Positions 1 to 11,691 of a stretch of 64,000 nt of DNA are shown here, piece by piece. Source of the DNA: Gonapodya sp. JEL0774 (Eukaryota); the NCBI GenBank assembly GCA_027604505.1, contig JADIIX010000007.1:62001-126000 (forward strand), in the 5' to 3' direction. Position numbers and translations under genes: made by a program. The notes beneath the pieces were generated by a model. It worked only from the letters and a program-made list of their open reading frames with translations. It ran no database searches and was not told where the DNA came from. The stretch's first letter is position 1. Each line of letters starts with the position of its first letter.

Positions 1-3000
1 GGGAAGAGTTCCAGCACCGCATCTAAAGTGCGAAGAAAGCGAACAGCTGTGTCTGGTCCTAACAACGCAGCATCGCAATTTATCAGATATTTGAAAGTTG
101 CATGAACAAGATCCGCTGACGTTGTCGCCCGGCGTTCAATCTGAATAGTACGTTGGCTTGCAATATGTCGCTGGGCGGTCAAAGGGCGCTGACTCTGTTC
201 TGAGTTTTGTTGCAATGCCGCATTGCCCTCGCCCGAGGAGCTACCGCTTTCGTCCAATTTTGGCCAGGCTAGCCGATCAGTGAACGCTTTGAGGAGTCTC
301 TGATTAATTGTAAAAGTACGAATTAGCGCGTTGAGGGAGCTAGGAGTTGGTAAGCCTCACTTTCATCAGGCTGTGATGTTCTGCAGACTTGAATCCTGAC
401 CAGTTAAGCAAATCAATGAGGATCTGAAGCAACAAGCCCAAGCAATCATTCGCGGTTTTGAGCTTTAAAAACCAAATTTAGGTGAGAGTCGATCACTGAT
501 CAAAAAAAATTCACGTGTCGCTGACCTCCGCGGTGGGCAGTTCTTCAGCGTCTTTCGCATCCACCTCTTTCCGTTCCGCAGCATCTCGTAGTAATGGTAA
601 TTCGTTAACAATTCTCTCCAGCAATGAAAGAAGGGTTGGCACTACTGGTACAATCCTGGCGACGACTTCTGCATCCGTCATTTTCCGCAGCTGTGAGCCA
701 TTCAGCCACTTGTCGGCAGGATCCGTGGCACGGCGTCCAAAAGAGTTCGACGATGGGACACAAAGTTTCGAGCTTAGTTTTCGGCTCAAATCTTCCAGGA
801 GGAAGCGGCACTCAGGATACTAGGAACAAATCGTAATTATAGAAGCAAATACCAGGGAACTAAACATCATCCACCCTACCGCCAGGCTGGGTTTCCCCTC
901 GTTGTTCTCGGAACCAGGTCCGTGAAATCGCAAAAGTGCGAACACGTCAAGCTACGCAAAAGATGTTGTGAGAGTAGATCCTCGGTATGCAAACCCAAAA
1001 AAGTGTCCGCACCGACAAATCCCTCAACAGCCCCGCAAGCTGTTTCACGCCTTTTATCTGCTGTCCCGCCGCCTTCTCTTTCTTGACTTTGGTCTTCTCT
1101 TCTTCTTCCTCCCGTAGTGCATTTACACGTTTGTTTTTTTTGGTGCCCGTGGCGGATCTCCGAACCTTTCAATGAGAATGGAAATGACTCAGACAAAGAA
1201 TAGCGAGTAGGTAGTGGCGCACTCACAGTTGCGCGCCCACCATCTACTTTGGTGACGGCCTTCTTAGGTTGAAGAATTATGGCGGGAGTGCTGGGGCGCT
1301 CCAAATCCGAATCTTCGTCCGACTGCTCCTCAGCGTTTCTGCTTGCTCGTGAGGGGCCGGCAAGTCCCACGTCCGAAGTTACAGACGATTCTCTCCTCTC
1401 CCTCTTGACGTTCTTGTCTGAGGTTTTGACTCCGACTGTAAAGGATACCACAGCCGTTTGCGCCTCTTGCAGTTCGAACGGACACCATGTGAGGGTGGCG
1501 CGTGCGAGGTCGTCCAGCAAGGATTCCAGGCGGACAAGGTCCTTCAATCTTGATACCACCTGTAGAGCAAACTTGTCTTCGGTACAGACACAAAAGGCAT
1601 TGATAACCTCCCGGAACCTGTAAACTGCATCAACCAGCGAAGAACAATATTAAGGATGTGGTTCGTCGGAACATACCAGTTGATGGTGTTGAAAACGCTC
1701 GTGCAGGCAGCTTCAAGCATTTCCACGCCGTAGTTCAATTTCAGTTGCTTTATCGATATCCACCAGAACTTGAGACACAGGAGCGAAGGACGCAAACGGA
1801 CCTGAGAGCACCCACAGTCACCTCCCTCTCCTCCCACATGACACTTCCAAGGAGTAAGTGCCCCTCTGACATCTCGTTCTTCGCCGCTCCGCACGCAAAG
1901 TACAGTCTCCCAAGTGGTGCAACCACACTTCCTACACTCAATCCGTAAGCTGTGTACTCCTGGCCGCACGTGGCGCTCTCTGGGCGGATCGCTAGTGGGT
2001 AAAATGGAAATCCAACCTCCTCGATGCCGTCGTCTGCAGTAACCATGTTCATCCACACCGAAGCGTCAACAAAGCAGTCATCACTATCGAGGAGTGTACT
2101 CATGTGATCGAGATCTGCTTGTTTCCAAGCAAATTCTTCAATCAGAGATACGAAATTCTCTTGAATCCACTGGCTTATGTCGATAAAAAGGCACTTGCTC
2201 GAAACCATGTCGGAAAGTTCGTCGCACGCGAGCGTGAGTGCGGACTATTGAATTCGGGGTCATCGCGGCAACAGAATGTGGTAACAATCCCACTTTCTAA
2301 CAACGGTCGCCGAAGGAAACAAGGACGCACCATCGATCTTTGTGCACACCTCTTCACCATCTCCAGCACCTCAACCGCATCTCTGAGAGGTGACTTGCCC
2401 AAATCCTCAATCTCACCCGCCATCTCGGTCGATCCCCAGTGCTTCACCAATGCGCAGGCAGCCATCACTCCGATACGCCGGTATCGGTCCAGAGGGTGCG
2501 TGAGTTGCTTGGTAAGTGCGATCATAACTTCACTACCAACAGCAGAAGACCCGTGATCGTCCTTCAGAGCCGGTGATGTCAATCTGGGAATAATTTGTGA
2601 AACGAAACGAAATTCTGACTCACCTCCTTCGGCAGTGTCAACACTGCCAGGGCCTCAAACAACATCCCCACCTGTTTCAGTGACATGGAATCCAACTGAT
2701 CCAGCAGGTTCTTCACAAATACTGCGAATCGTGCAGCGCCCTCTCGATCTTTCTTCGCTAAAGAAAGCAATATGGAGAGGGCTACCTCAACATCGGTGGG
2801 AGTGCCGGAACCCGCATGAACGACCAAAGAATGTACGATTTCCTGAAAATTTGCCATAAAATGCCACTACGGATCCCTGTTCTTTATGTGGAAGAGTCAA
2901 CCGTTCCACCCACCTGCCTTTCATAATCCTCCCACTTCTTCCATGTCTCCGACACAATCGTCGCGGCAGCCGACCCACATCCACCCCTTAGGAGCACCTC

Positions 3001-5396
3001 CATCACCCCAACAACCTGCTCCGCGTAAGGCCTGAGTGCCACGGCGTGTCTCCCTACGGCACGCGCAAACAAAGACGAGGTAAAAAGGCCGAGAGTGCAC
3101 TTGCGGACGAAAAGAGCATCTATTTTCTTGCGGAGTGTGGGACGGGCGAGAAAGAGGAGGAGGATGTCCAATGCATTATGGTCTGAGGACTGGTCGAGCG
3201 GCGAGCGACACCAAGATTAAGAAGAATTTGCCTGTGTTGTACATGCGATGGGGAGATATCCGACTCGCCTGATCAACTTTGCCGATCACTGTGACCACCG
3301 CGTCCCTGAAGTCCATATTTCCCCGTAACGAGCTCCTCAGCTGATCTGAAGTATCACGAAAGCACAGGTGAAACGCCGTTACCGACTTCCCATAATTATT
3401 GGAAGAGCCAGCCTCTCAGATCTTAACCTACCAAGCACCAATGCCTCTTCACTTAACCTTGTTCCCCCAACAGTCTTTGCTTTGCCCTTGCCCTTGGCTG
3501 CAGCTGCGTCCCTTTCCTCGGCAGCGTCAACTAGGTCCGCGATTACATCAACGTCAAGGTTTGAGCGCAGGGATTGCGCCATCTGGAAAAGGAGCCCGAA
3601 GGAGATGTACCAGAAGAAATAGGACCGCATCAATGTGGGCCCAGCTTAACATCCCCATGGAGCAGCGAACCAACCTCCTCCATCACCCCTGCCCTTCCCG
3701 CGTTTCCGCTGGGCCCACTCTGCAGCACGAACCGAAGAGTCAGTGGCAACGTCGCCAAATCCGGATCCCGCATTGTCTCGAACAGCCGCGAGCGGAGGTC
3801 GGACTTGGTATAGTATGAGTAGTTTCAAAACAACATCGCGCGGGATTAAGATTGGAGGGGTAGTGGAGGGATGAAGTGATTTGAGGGCTTAGAGTGAAGA
3901 TGCCAAATGGGAATGACATACTTGTACACTTTCCGAGAGTCCCATATTTGCCAAAGCGTCCAAGGCAGCAGGTCTCAATTCTGGTGTGTCAAGGAGGTCC
4001 GACAGTGCGGAAACCGCAACCTGAAGTTTAAGTGAAGGAGGATCGATGCGAGTGGAGGGACTAAGAACGATATCACAACACTCCGGCGAAACAATCCCTG
4101 CCCTGACACTCCCTGTGTCCGAATCAATTGCTCCCCGGTGTCCCCACTTGCACGCAGTCTATCCTTTGCCCCGTCAACGACTTGAATACAACTCGCTCAC
4201 CTCTCCCCCCGTAGCTGCCCCCACATCCCCTACACACCCAACCAATTCTCGCCTGATCTCTCCCTGAGCTATTTCGATTGCACCAACCAGAGACATAGAA
4301 ACAGAGACGGGGTCCGCGAGACGGGATGAGGTGAGCAAGTGGCGAAGGTGGCGAAGCGCGAGGGTGGGGGTAGAGATGACAGAAGGACCGTGGGGAGGGG
4401 AGCTGTGTTGTTTCGGGAGCAAGAGAAGGGGACAGGTGGGTTCATTCAAGAAGGGAGCTGGGTGGTCCGGTTTGCAGACAGCTTTTGAGGGAACCGCGTG
4501 CCCACAGACCTCTGCTTCATCTGAGAATATCCTTAGCACTCACAAGCGCCCTCAAAGCTATTTCCACTGCTACCCAGAGGATCGCCAAAGACCCCGATCT
4601 CCCCCACCGCCTACCCGGAAAAAACAAACTCACTCCTCGTCATCCCCTGCTAACGGTATCACACTTTCCAACATCCACTTGACAAGTCTAGTCTGCAGCT
4701 GGTCAACGATAAGGAGCAGGTGAAGTAGGGTTGGCGGCGGAGAAAGGCTGGGGGGTGGGGTGGGATGAGATTGGGTTTGGCACGAGGTGAGCCAGGAAGG
4801 AGAACAGGCCCCTCGTCGGATTTGCATTTTGTTTCACAAACCACCCAACACGGTTCCGGAATTCTTACCTGTCGAATCCGCCCAAGGAGCCCCGGTCCTT
4901 CGCCAGGTCCGCATTCTCGTTGGGTGCTTTGGGGATCTCAACAACGAGCGATGTGAGGCATTTGCGTATCACGGTGTCGTCTTGCGCCCATTCCACGAAG
5001 CCGTCGATGAGCTCCTGCGCTGCAACAGTAGGGTTTCCGGAGGTGTGCTGAAGGAGAGCGTGACTGATGGATTGCGAGAAGAGCGCGGGGATGCAGCCTA
5101 TCACAGTCGGAAAAATTCAAGATTAAGAGGTCAGATATGAGTGCATCAGTGTGTGAGGGTGTGCAAACTAGCTCTCCACGTCGGGAAAACTCACGAAGTA
5201 CGAACTGTCCACCGACTGCGGCATGGACATCCAGACCAGCAACCCTCAGCACGTGGTGGCACAACGACTCGTCTGGCTGCCGCTGAAACTGCTGCGGCTT
5301 GTTGATGGCATTTGAAGTTTCAAGAGGACGAACAGAAGGAACCGAAGACAAAGCGAAGGAAGGGTGGCGACCGGCGTGTCCGGCACGCACCGACAT
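1..5396 (-). CDS. FANCD2: Fanconi anemia group D2 protein homolog (multi-exon; 3' end runs off the window)
   Basis: Collinear exon peptides match recalled FANCD2 segments: DHNALDILLLFLARPTLRKKIDALFVRKCTLG, FQEIVHSLVVHAGSGTPTDVEVALSILLSL, FAVFVKNLLDQLDSMSLKQVGMLFEAL, IALTKQLTHPLDRYRRIG. Start ATG taken at 5396 (MSVRAG), less certain than the family call. Confidence 0.9.
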
Positions 5397-6222
5397 GGCT
5401 CTCTACTGAGCAAAAAAATCGAAAGCGGTACAATACCGACGGTCGGATGGGGAGTATTCTTCCAAGAATGATGTCTTCTGGTGACCGTTACACCTGCCGC
5501 ACTCCTGCTGTCTTGAAACAGGTTCTGATTTCTGGTTTGAAGTGGCAGATTCGACAAAGATTCGATAAAGATTTGATTAAGATCACCCGAGCGTTGCGAT
5601 GAAATATCGCTATTGGACTCAGGACGCTCTGATTGTTCCACTGCTTCACCTGGATATGTCTTCGCAATTGGGCTGCGTTGGGCCGAAACATGTGCTCAAG
5701 CCACCAACGCAGTTTTCTCCCAAACCTACCCAAAATAGAGTCCAAGCCTCTCAATTGCCACTCATGACCACCCAGGCAAAGCAGAATTTTCATGCTACAC
5801 AAAGTGGCATGAAAATATCACTTTGTGGCACTTCGTAGAACATCTTACATGCCGGGTGCCCTCTGTCACCGCTCACAAGAACTCACGACTGGAGTTGCAC
5901 CGCCATTGTGACAAGGACAACAGTTACGTAACCTCGCGATCTGATTTTTGCAAACAATGATGAGCTGTATCGAGGGGTGTATAAATAGGCCGGTGTACGT
6001 ATGTTATGTGCTCACACAAGTAGAGACAGTCAGCCAAATCGAACAGTTGTTCGAGTGGCTTATTCCCGTTGACAAATATGCGCACGGAATGGATATGTTT
6101 AAAAAACGGCAGTATTCCGGACGAAACGCTAAAGTGCGATGACAAAATCAAACTAAATAGATATTGGCGCTCCGATGCAAACATTCAAAATTAAATAATG
6201 TTCGAGACGTAGTCGCTTGACT

Positions 6223-9200
6223 TCACTGCTCATTCACCCCCGCACGATAACTGTTCGTCAATAACTGAGTCACCTTTCGCTTCTCGTCTTGCAATCGCCT
6301 ACGCTCCTTTTCCAGCGTTCTGCGCTCCGCTTCCACTCTTCTCCTCTCATCCTCCAACATTACACGTTCTGCCTCCACGAGATCCCGCTCCATCTCGCAC
6401 CGCTGTCGTTCTCTCTCCATCGCCTCTCGACGTCGGCGTTCCTCATCGGTCAACTCTCGTGCCCACAGTTCCCCCGTCTGTGCTGCAGTATCCTGTTTTG
6501 CGCTTTGCACATTTACCGAAAATTGATTCGGCTGGGAGCTTGACATCCGTGCTAAGAGAGTCGACGACACCGGAAGTTCACTTTTCGGAGTCGCCGGCAG
6601 TTGTCGTCGAGCTCTTGATGATGCTCGCAAGCGTTTACGATTCTCACGTCGCACTTTCTGATACCTCCACCACCTCTGGATTCCCCTCGCTTTTGCTTCC
6701 TTGAGTTGGTCACGCGTAAGGGCACCCCATCCTCGCGACAGCAGTTCCATCGTAGGTCGATCGCCACAGGCGATCGCAAAGTCTAAGGGGGTAAAACACT
6801 GTAAAGATGCGTAGAATGTAAGGAGCGACTATATGTGATGAAATGGAGTGGAGGGCCATTTGATACGTCACTCACTTCGTCTCCCTTCTCTGTCTTGTTC
6901 ACGCTCGATCCCATCCCCACAAGAAGCTCTACCACCTCACTGTTCCCCTTCAATGCCGCCCAGTGCAAGGCCGTTCTCCCTCCCACATCTTCAGATTTGA
7001 CATCCGCACCATAATGAAGCAGCACACGGACTGTCTCAGTGTCTCCGGAATATGCGGCCTCGTGCAGCGCCGTCGTTGTACTCTTATCGCGAATGTCCAC
7101 TTCCGCACCAGCCCGAAGCAGTATTTCGACGACCTCGGCACTTCCTGCCGCAGCTGCCCAGTGTAATGGAGCTCTGCCCTCTAAATCTCCTGCATCCAAG
7201 TTCAGCCCCTCGCGAATGAGGAGCTCCGTCACGTCGGAGCGACCGAACGCAGCTGCTTGATGGAGCGCCGTGCGTCCTCGGTGGTCGCGATGACGCAACA
7301 GGGTTGGAAAGTTACGGAGAGTGTGCAGCAAAATTTGGCAGTGTCCGATGGTGGAAGCGATGTGGAGAGCTTGAACAACACCAAAACGTTGTCGTTTATA
7401 ACGCTAATCATCGTTGTCGTGTATCAACGTACCTGTTGCGCCAGATTCATCTTCCAGTTGAAGATCCGCTCCCATCTCCACAAGCATCCTTACCACCTCT
7501 TCCTTACCTTCCGTTGCTGCCCACATCGCGGGCGTCCTGCCCAGACTATCTCTTGCGTCCAGATCGGCGCCGATCTTTTTTCCGTCGTTGACAGATTTCC
7601 CGTTGTTAAGACCGCCTCTAGCCAACATGACAATACAATCAAGCCGCCCACGCTGAACAGCATAATGCAATGGACGTGCACCGTGCACGTCACTCGCATT
7701 CTGATCAGATCCCGCTCGAAGCAGCACGGCGAGGCATGCTATCCGTCCTTTGGCAACTGCCCAGTGGATGGGACTTCGACCATGGTTGTCGCCGGGGATC
7801 GGCGACTTTGTGGATCGCACGAGTTCGATGACAGCGGCAAGGTGCCCCGCACCGCATGCAAGATGAAGGGGTGTGCAGCCATCAGAGTCTCGCGCAACCA
7901 ACAGGTCCTCAGAGTGCTTATTGGACTTGCACTCTTGAAGAACCTGAATGCACTCCACGTTCCCGCCCATGGCTGCCCAATGTGCAGCGGCCTTGCCCTC
8001 CAAATCTCTCTTCACCGTATCGGCTCCCCAATCACAAAGAAGTCGCACGTGTTTTGATTGTTGGCGAAAACATGCCCAATGGAGAGGTGTCATTCCATCC
8101 TCGTCCGGAGGATCCAGTCCGTTTGATTTTGCTCCAGGGACTGCCCTGCTCCACATCCTTCGAGGCTGAACAGCTCCGCAGATGATACGGAGACAATCAG
8201 TCCGATCGGGATTCGTAGCGCAATGTAAAGGGGTGCGTCTATTGTAATCCTCCGCACGCAAATCAGCTCCTGCGCGGATTAGGGTCTTCACAGTAGCGAC
8301 GCGTCCATAGTGAGCAGCCCAGTGTAGAGCTGTGCGCCCGCTGCGGTCTGCAAAATCAATCACTGATCCCCTGCTAATGAGCAACTTGACGCCGGCGGCA
8401 TGGCCAGCAATGGCAGCAAAGTGCAAAGCACTGCGTCCTTCATCATCGCAAAGATTCAAGTCAAGGCGGCAGGTGTTCAAAAGTAAAGAAAGCACCTTAA
8501 TATGACCCGTTCGAGCAATGTGCAACAAGAGAATGTTTAATTGAAACTCAGTCATGCATCGGAGAAGCGATTTGGCAGAGGATAAGTCTTCTTTGGTGGA
8601 ATCGAGTCCGGGCGCGATCACAGCAGCTCGCTGACCCTGAAACACGAGTGATCAAATGAACCCGCGAACGGAGTACTAGAATGCAAACTCGCACATGAAT
8701 CATTGGCACGGGCACTGTTGCTTCCACTTCTTCTATTCTCTTCGCAACAGTCTCCTCCACAACTTCATTAAGATAGCCTGGTCCTCGTGAGCCACAGGTT
8801 TCATTTATGAGCGCTTCCTTAATCGCCTCGCGGGTTGAGTCCAAAACCTTGAAAAGAGGTGCCTGCGATGCGCTTGGCGCGAGAGGACGGTGAGGGTCTT
8901 CCACAGGCAAAGAGTTCGTGTGTGTGCCAAACATGGGATCTGAGCACTCCATAATGCTCATCTCCGAGGGCTCTCCAACTTCCGGATCATGAGACGTGGT
9001 CTGTGAGACAGGTTGAATCCTCATCGAAGGTTTGTCCACGGTAGAGGACGAGTTTTCTTGATCACGATTGGATGGGCTGTGTGTATTCACTGGTGGTGCT
9101 TCATTTGGACCGCTTACGGCTCGCTGCATCGTCGACAAATCAGGTTGCACCACAGGCCCAGGGACAATAGCGTCACGACTGCCAATTGCTGTATCTCCAG

Positions 9201-11565
9201 ATCCGGCTTTCGGGGTTGGGGTACTTCTCAGAGCACCTGAGACGGATGCTCCACTGCGTACTGCAGCTCTCACAGACTCGACCCCATGTGGTCTTTTCAT
9301 ATCCTGAGAAGGAGGGAGGACAACCTGTCCCAAGCTTTCATACAGCGACTTTCGAGATGTTCTCCGCGACCAATGCGACATAGCAGCGCCGGAGTTGGCG
9401 ACCGATACAACAGATCCTGGCGCTGGGTGCGAGGACCTTATGGTGGGTTCGCGCATCACATGTTCGGTAATTTTCGCCTTGGAATCCGAGTCTATTGACC
9501 GAGGATCGCTATTCCTGCTAAGGGATCCAGTTGCATGTGGCGGCAGAGAAAAGCTCGAGCCCTTGCCGTGAAATAAGGACTGCAAAACTGGGACGTTGTG
9601 ACTTCCACCCTGAATAGTTGAATCTTTCGAAGGACCCTTTACGATCCCGACATTTGTTGACGTTGTAATCGGCTGAGATCTCGAGACAACCAGAGCAGGG
9701 GCTAATTTATCCAGTCTGCCTGTAGCCTCAGCGTTGTCATCTCTAAGCACATCTTGAGCTCCGGCCCCAGCGAGATTGCCAATGATTCCCGCACCGCCAA
9801 ATGTAGCCTGTCCAACCATTACGCCACCCATTGGTGAGCTCTTCGGTCTTTCGGCAGCAGAAAGAGTTCGAGACCTCCGTAGGATCGGAGCGTTCCCAAC
9901 ATTCGGTTGAAATTGTTCCTCACGGAAACGTTGGACTCCTATGGCAGCAGACTGGGGTCGCGATTGCGGATTACCTGCGAATGGGAGGACGGATTCGTTC
10001 GCGGTCACGAGGAAAGCTGGTTGAATGTGGGCGAGAGTGTTCGGATGTTCCTCTCTGGAAACGAGCGCTCCAAGGGTCGGACTCGTCGGAGACGGTGGAG
10101 ATTCTTTACCAAAAACCGCAGGGAAAGAACGTCTTTGACTTGCTCCACTAAAAAGAAGCTTCTGATTTAAGCTGGTGAGTTCCGGTGTTGTCGGAGATGT
10201 CGAGACCTGACTTGATCCGGAAGATGTTCCCGAAAAGCCCAGAAACAATCCGTTCGTGGAAAGCGAGGAGGTCTTTTTCTCAAAGGTAGGAGGTACTCCT
10301 GTTGCACTGGTGCCGTTCAGCAGTAAATGCTGGCGAGAACCCCCGAAAGCCAGGGATTGGTTGGAATTTGCTGTCACTGCAGTGGCAAGGACTCCGTGCA
10401 CGCCTACGACTTTCGACTGCTGTGCTACGCCTGATCTTGAAACAGAGTCTCCCACCACAATCCCGTTCTGCACCGAAGACTTCAAAGGTTGAAAGTCTAA
10501 GAGGACCCCATTTTGCGAGCTCGAGATGGGAACGACTTTACTAGTTGTCAGCTTCGCTCCAATTTCGTTTGCAACAGCCCGAGCAGCGAGTGATAAAGTG
10601 GATGCCCTCACCCCAACACCAGTGTCCAGCGTCCTCCGAGAAGAAACCCGAAATCCACTACCCAGGCCGACACCAAGGCTAGCAGTGAGCAAGGTCCGCG
10701 AGACGTTGATCATCGAACCCCCAACATTTACAGACCCCGAACTATCACTCGGTGCTGTTGTGTCAACGGAACCGGTCACACTTGGAACCGCCGGAGGTGC
10801 AGATTTGGGGCCTGTGACCCTGGTGGAACGCGCAACATTGGTAACAATGGTAAGGTCTCTCGAATTCGCACTTGAATTCAAGGGCGATGGGACGTGGCGT
10901 GGTGATAAAGGTCCACTTCCGCCGTCTAGACTTCTCGCAGGATGTGGTACAGTAGTTTCATAGGGAACTGATAACGAAGCACCTTGCTTAACTGAGACGG
11001 GCCTGCGATCCCGGCTGGGTGATGCAGATGTTCCAGCGGAGGTTTCAGTGAGCGAATGTACCCTCTGAAACGGTTCTTGAGGGTAAGGGTCAACTGCACA
11101 GTTTTCAGACACTGCAGCGTGGGCGGTCATGCTCCTGCCAGCATTCGTCTCATGTGTTGCTGGGATGGTCGCAGATGTGGAGCTCGCAGACCGAACAAAC
11201 TCATCACCAGTCCGTGACGAGGCTATAGAATAAAGTGTCGGGTCCCGACGTTGTATATTGCTGTGAAAGTTTCCGGAGATATTGCCGTCGCGGATGGAGG
11301 AAGCGTGCAAGTGGTCACCATCCGTCCTGCGTCTCATGACCACAGGAAGGTGACGTAGACCATTGGAAGAAGGAGATCCATGTGTACGATTCGACACCAG
11401 AAAAGGAGATTGGCGGTCACGGTCAGAGTGAGGAGGTAACTTGGGAAGCGCGGATGACGGAGAGCACTGAGGTTGTGAGCCCCCTCCGCCCGCAACCACC
11501 TCTGATTCAGGAGAAGAAGAGGATGTCCTCGTGATGAGCAAGGTCGGGGTAAGCGGAGACGACAT
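6223..11565 (-). CDS. Ankyrin-repeat protein with long disordered N-terminus, C-terminal IQ-like motif and coiled coil (inversin-like architecture)
   Basis: Many GRTALHxAA/GxTPLHxA ankyrin repeats in ORFs 7404-8645 and 6783-7331. IQRWWRYQKVR and an E/R coiled coil in 6223-6750. A ~960-aa S/P-rich exon (11565 to ~8695) joins via a short intron ending TTTCAG near 8637. Confidence 0.8.
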
Positions 11566-11691
11566 CCCGAGATCGTGTCAAAATAAATGTGTGTGGAGGG
11601 TGGAAGAATGTGTGCAGCGCGTGGCAGCCAGCCCATCATACTGATATCGAAGAAGACACAGAATTATCAGTATAAAATACATGCGCATCAT

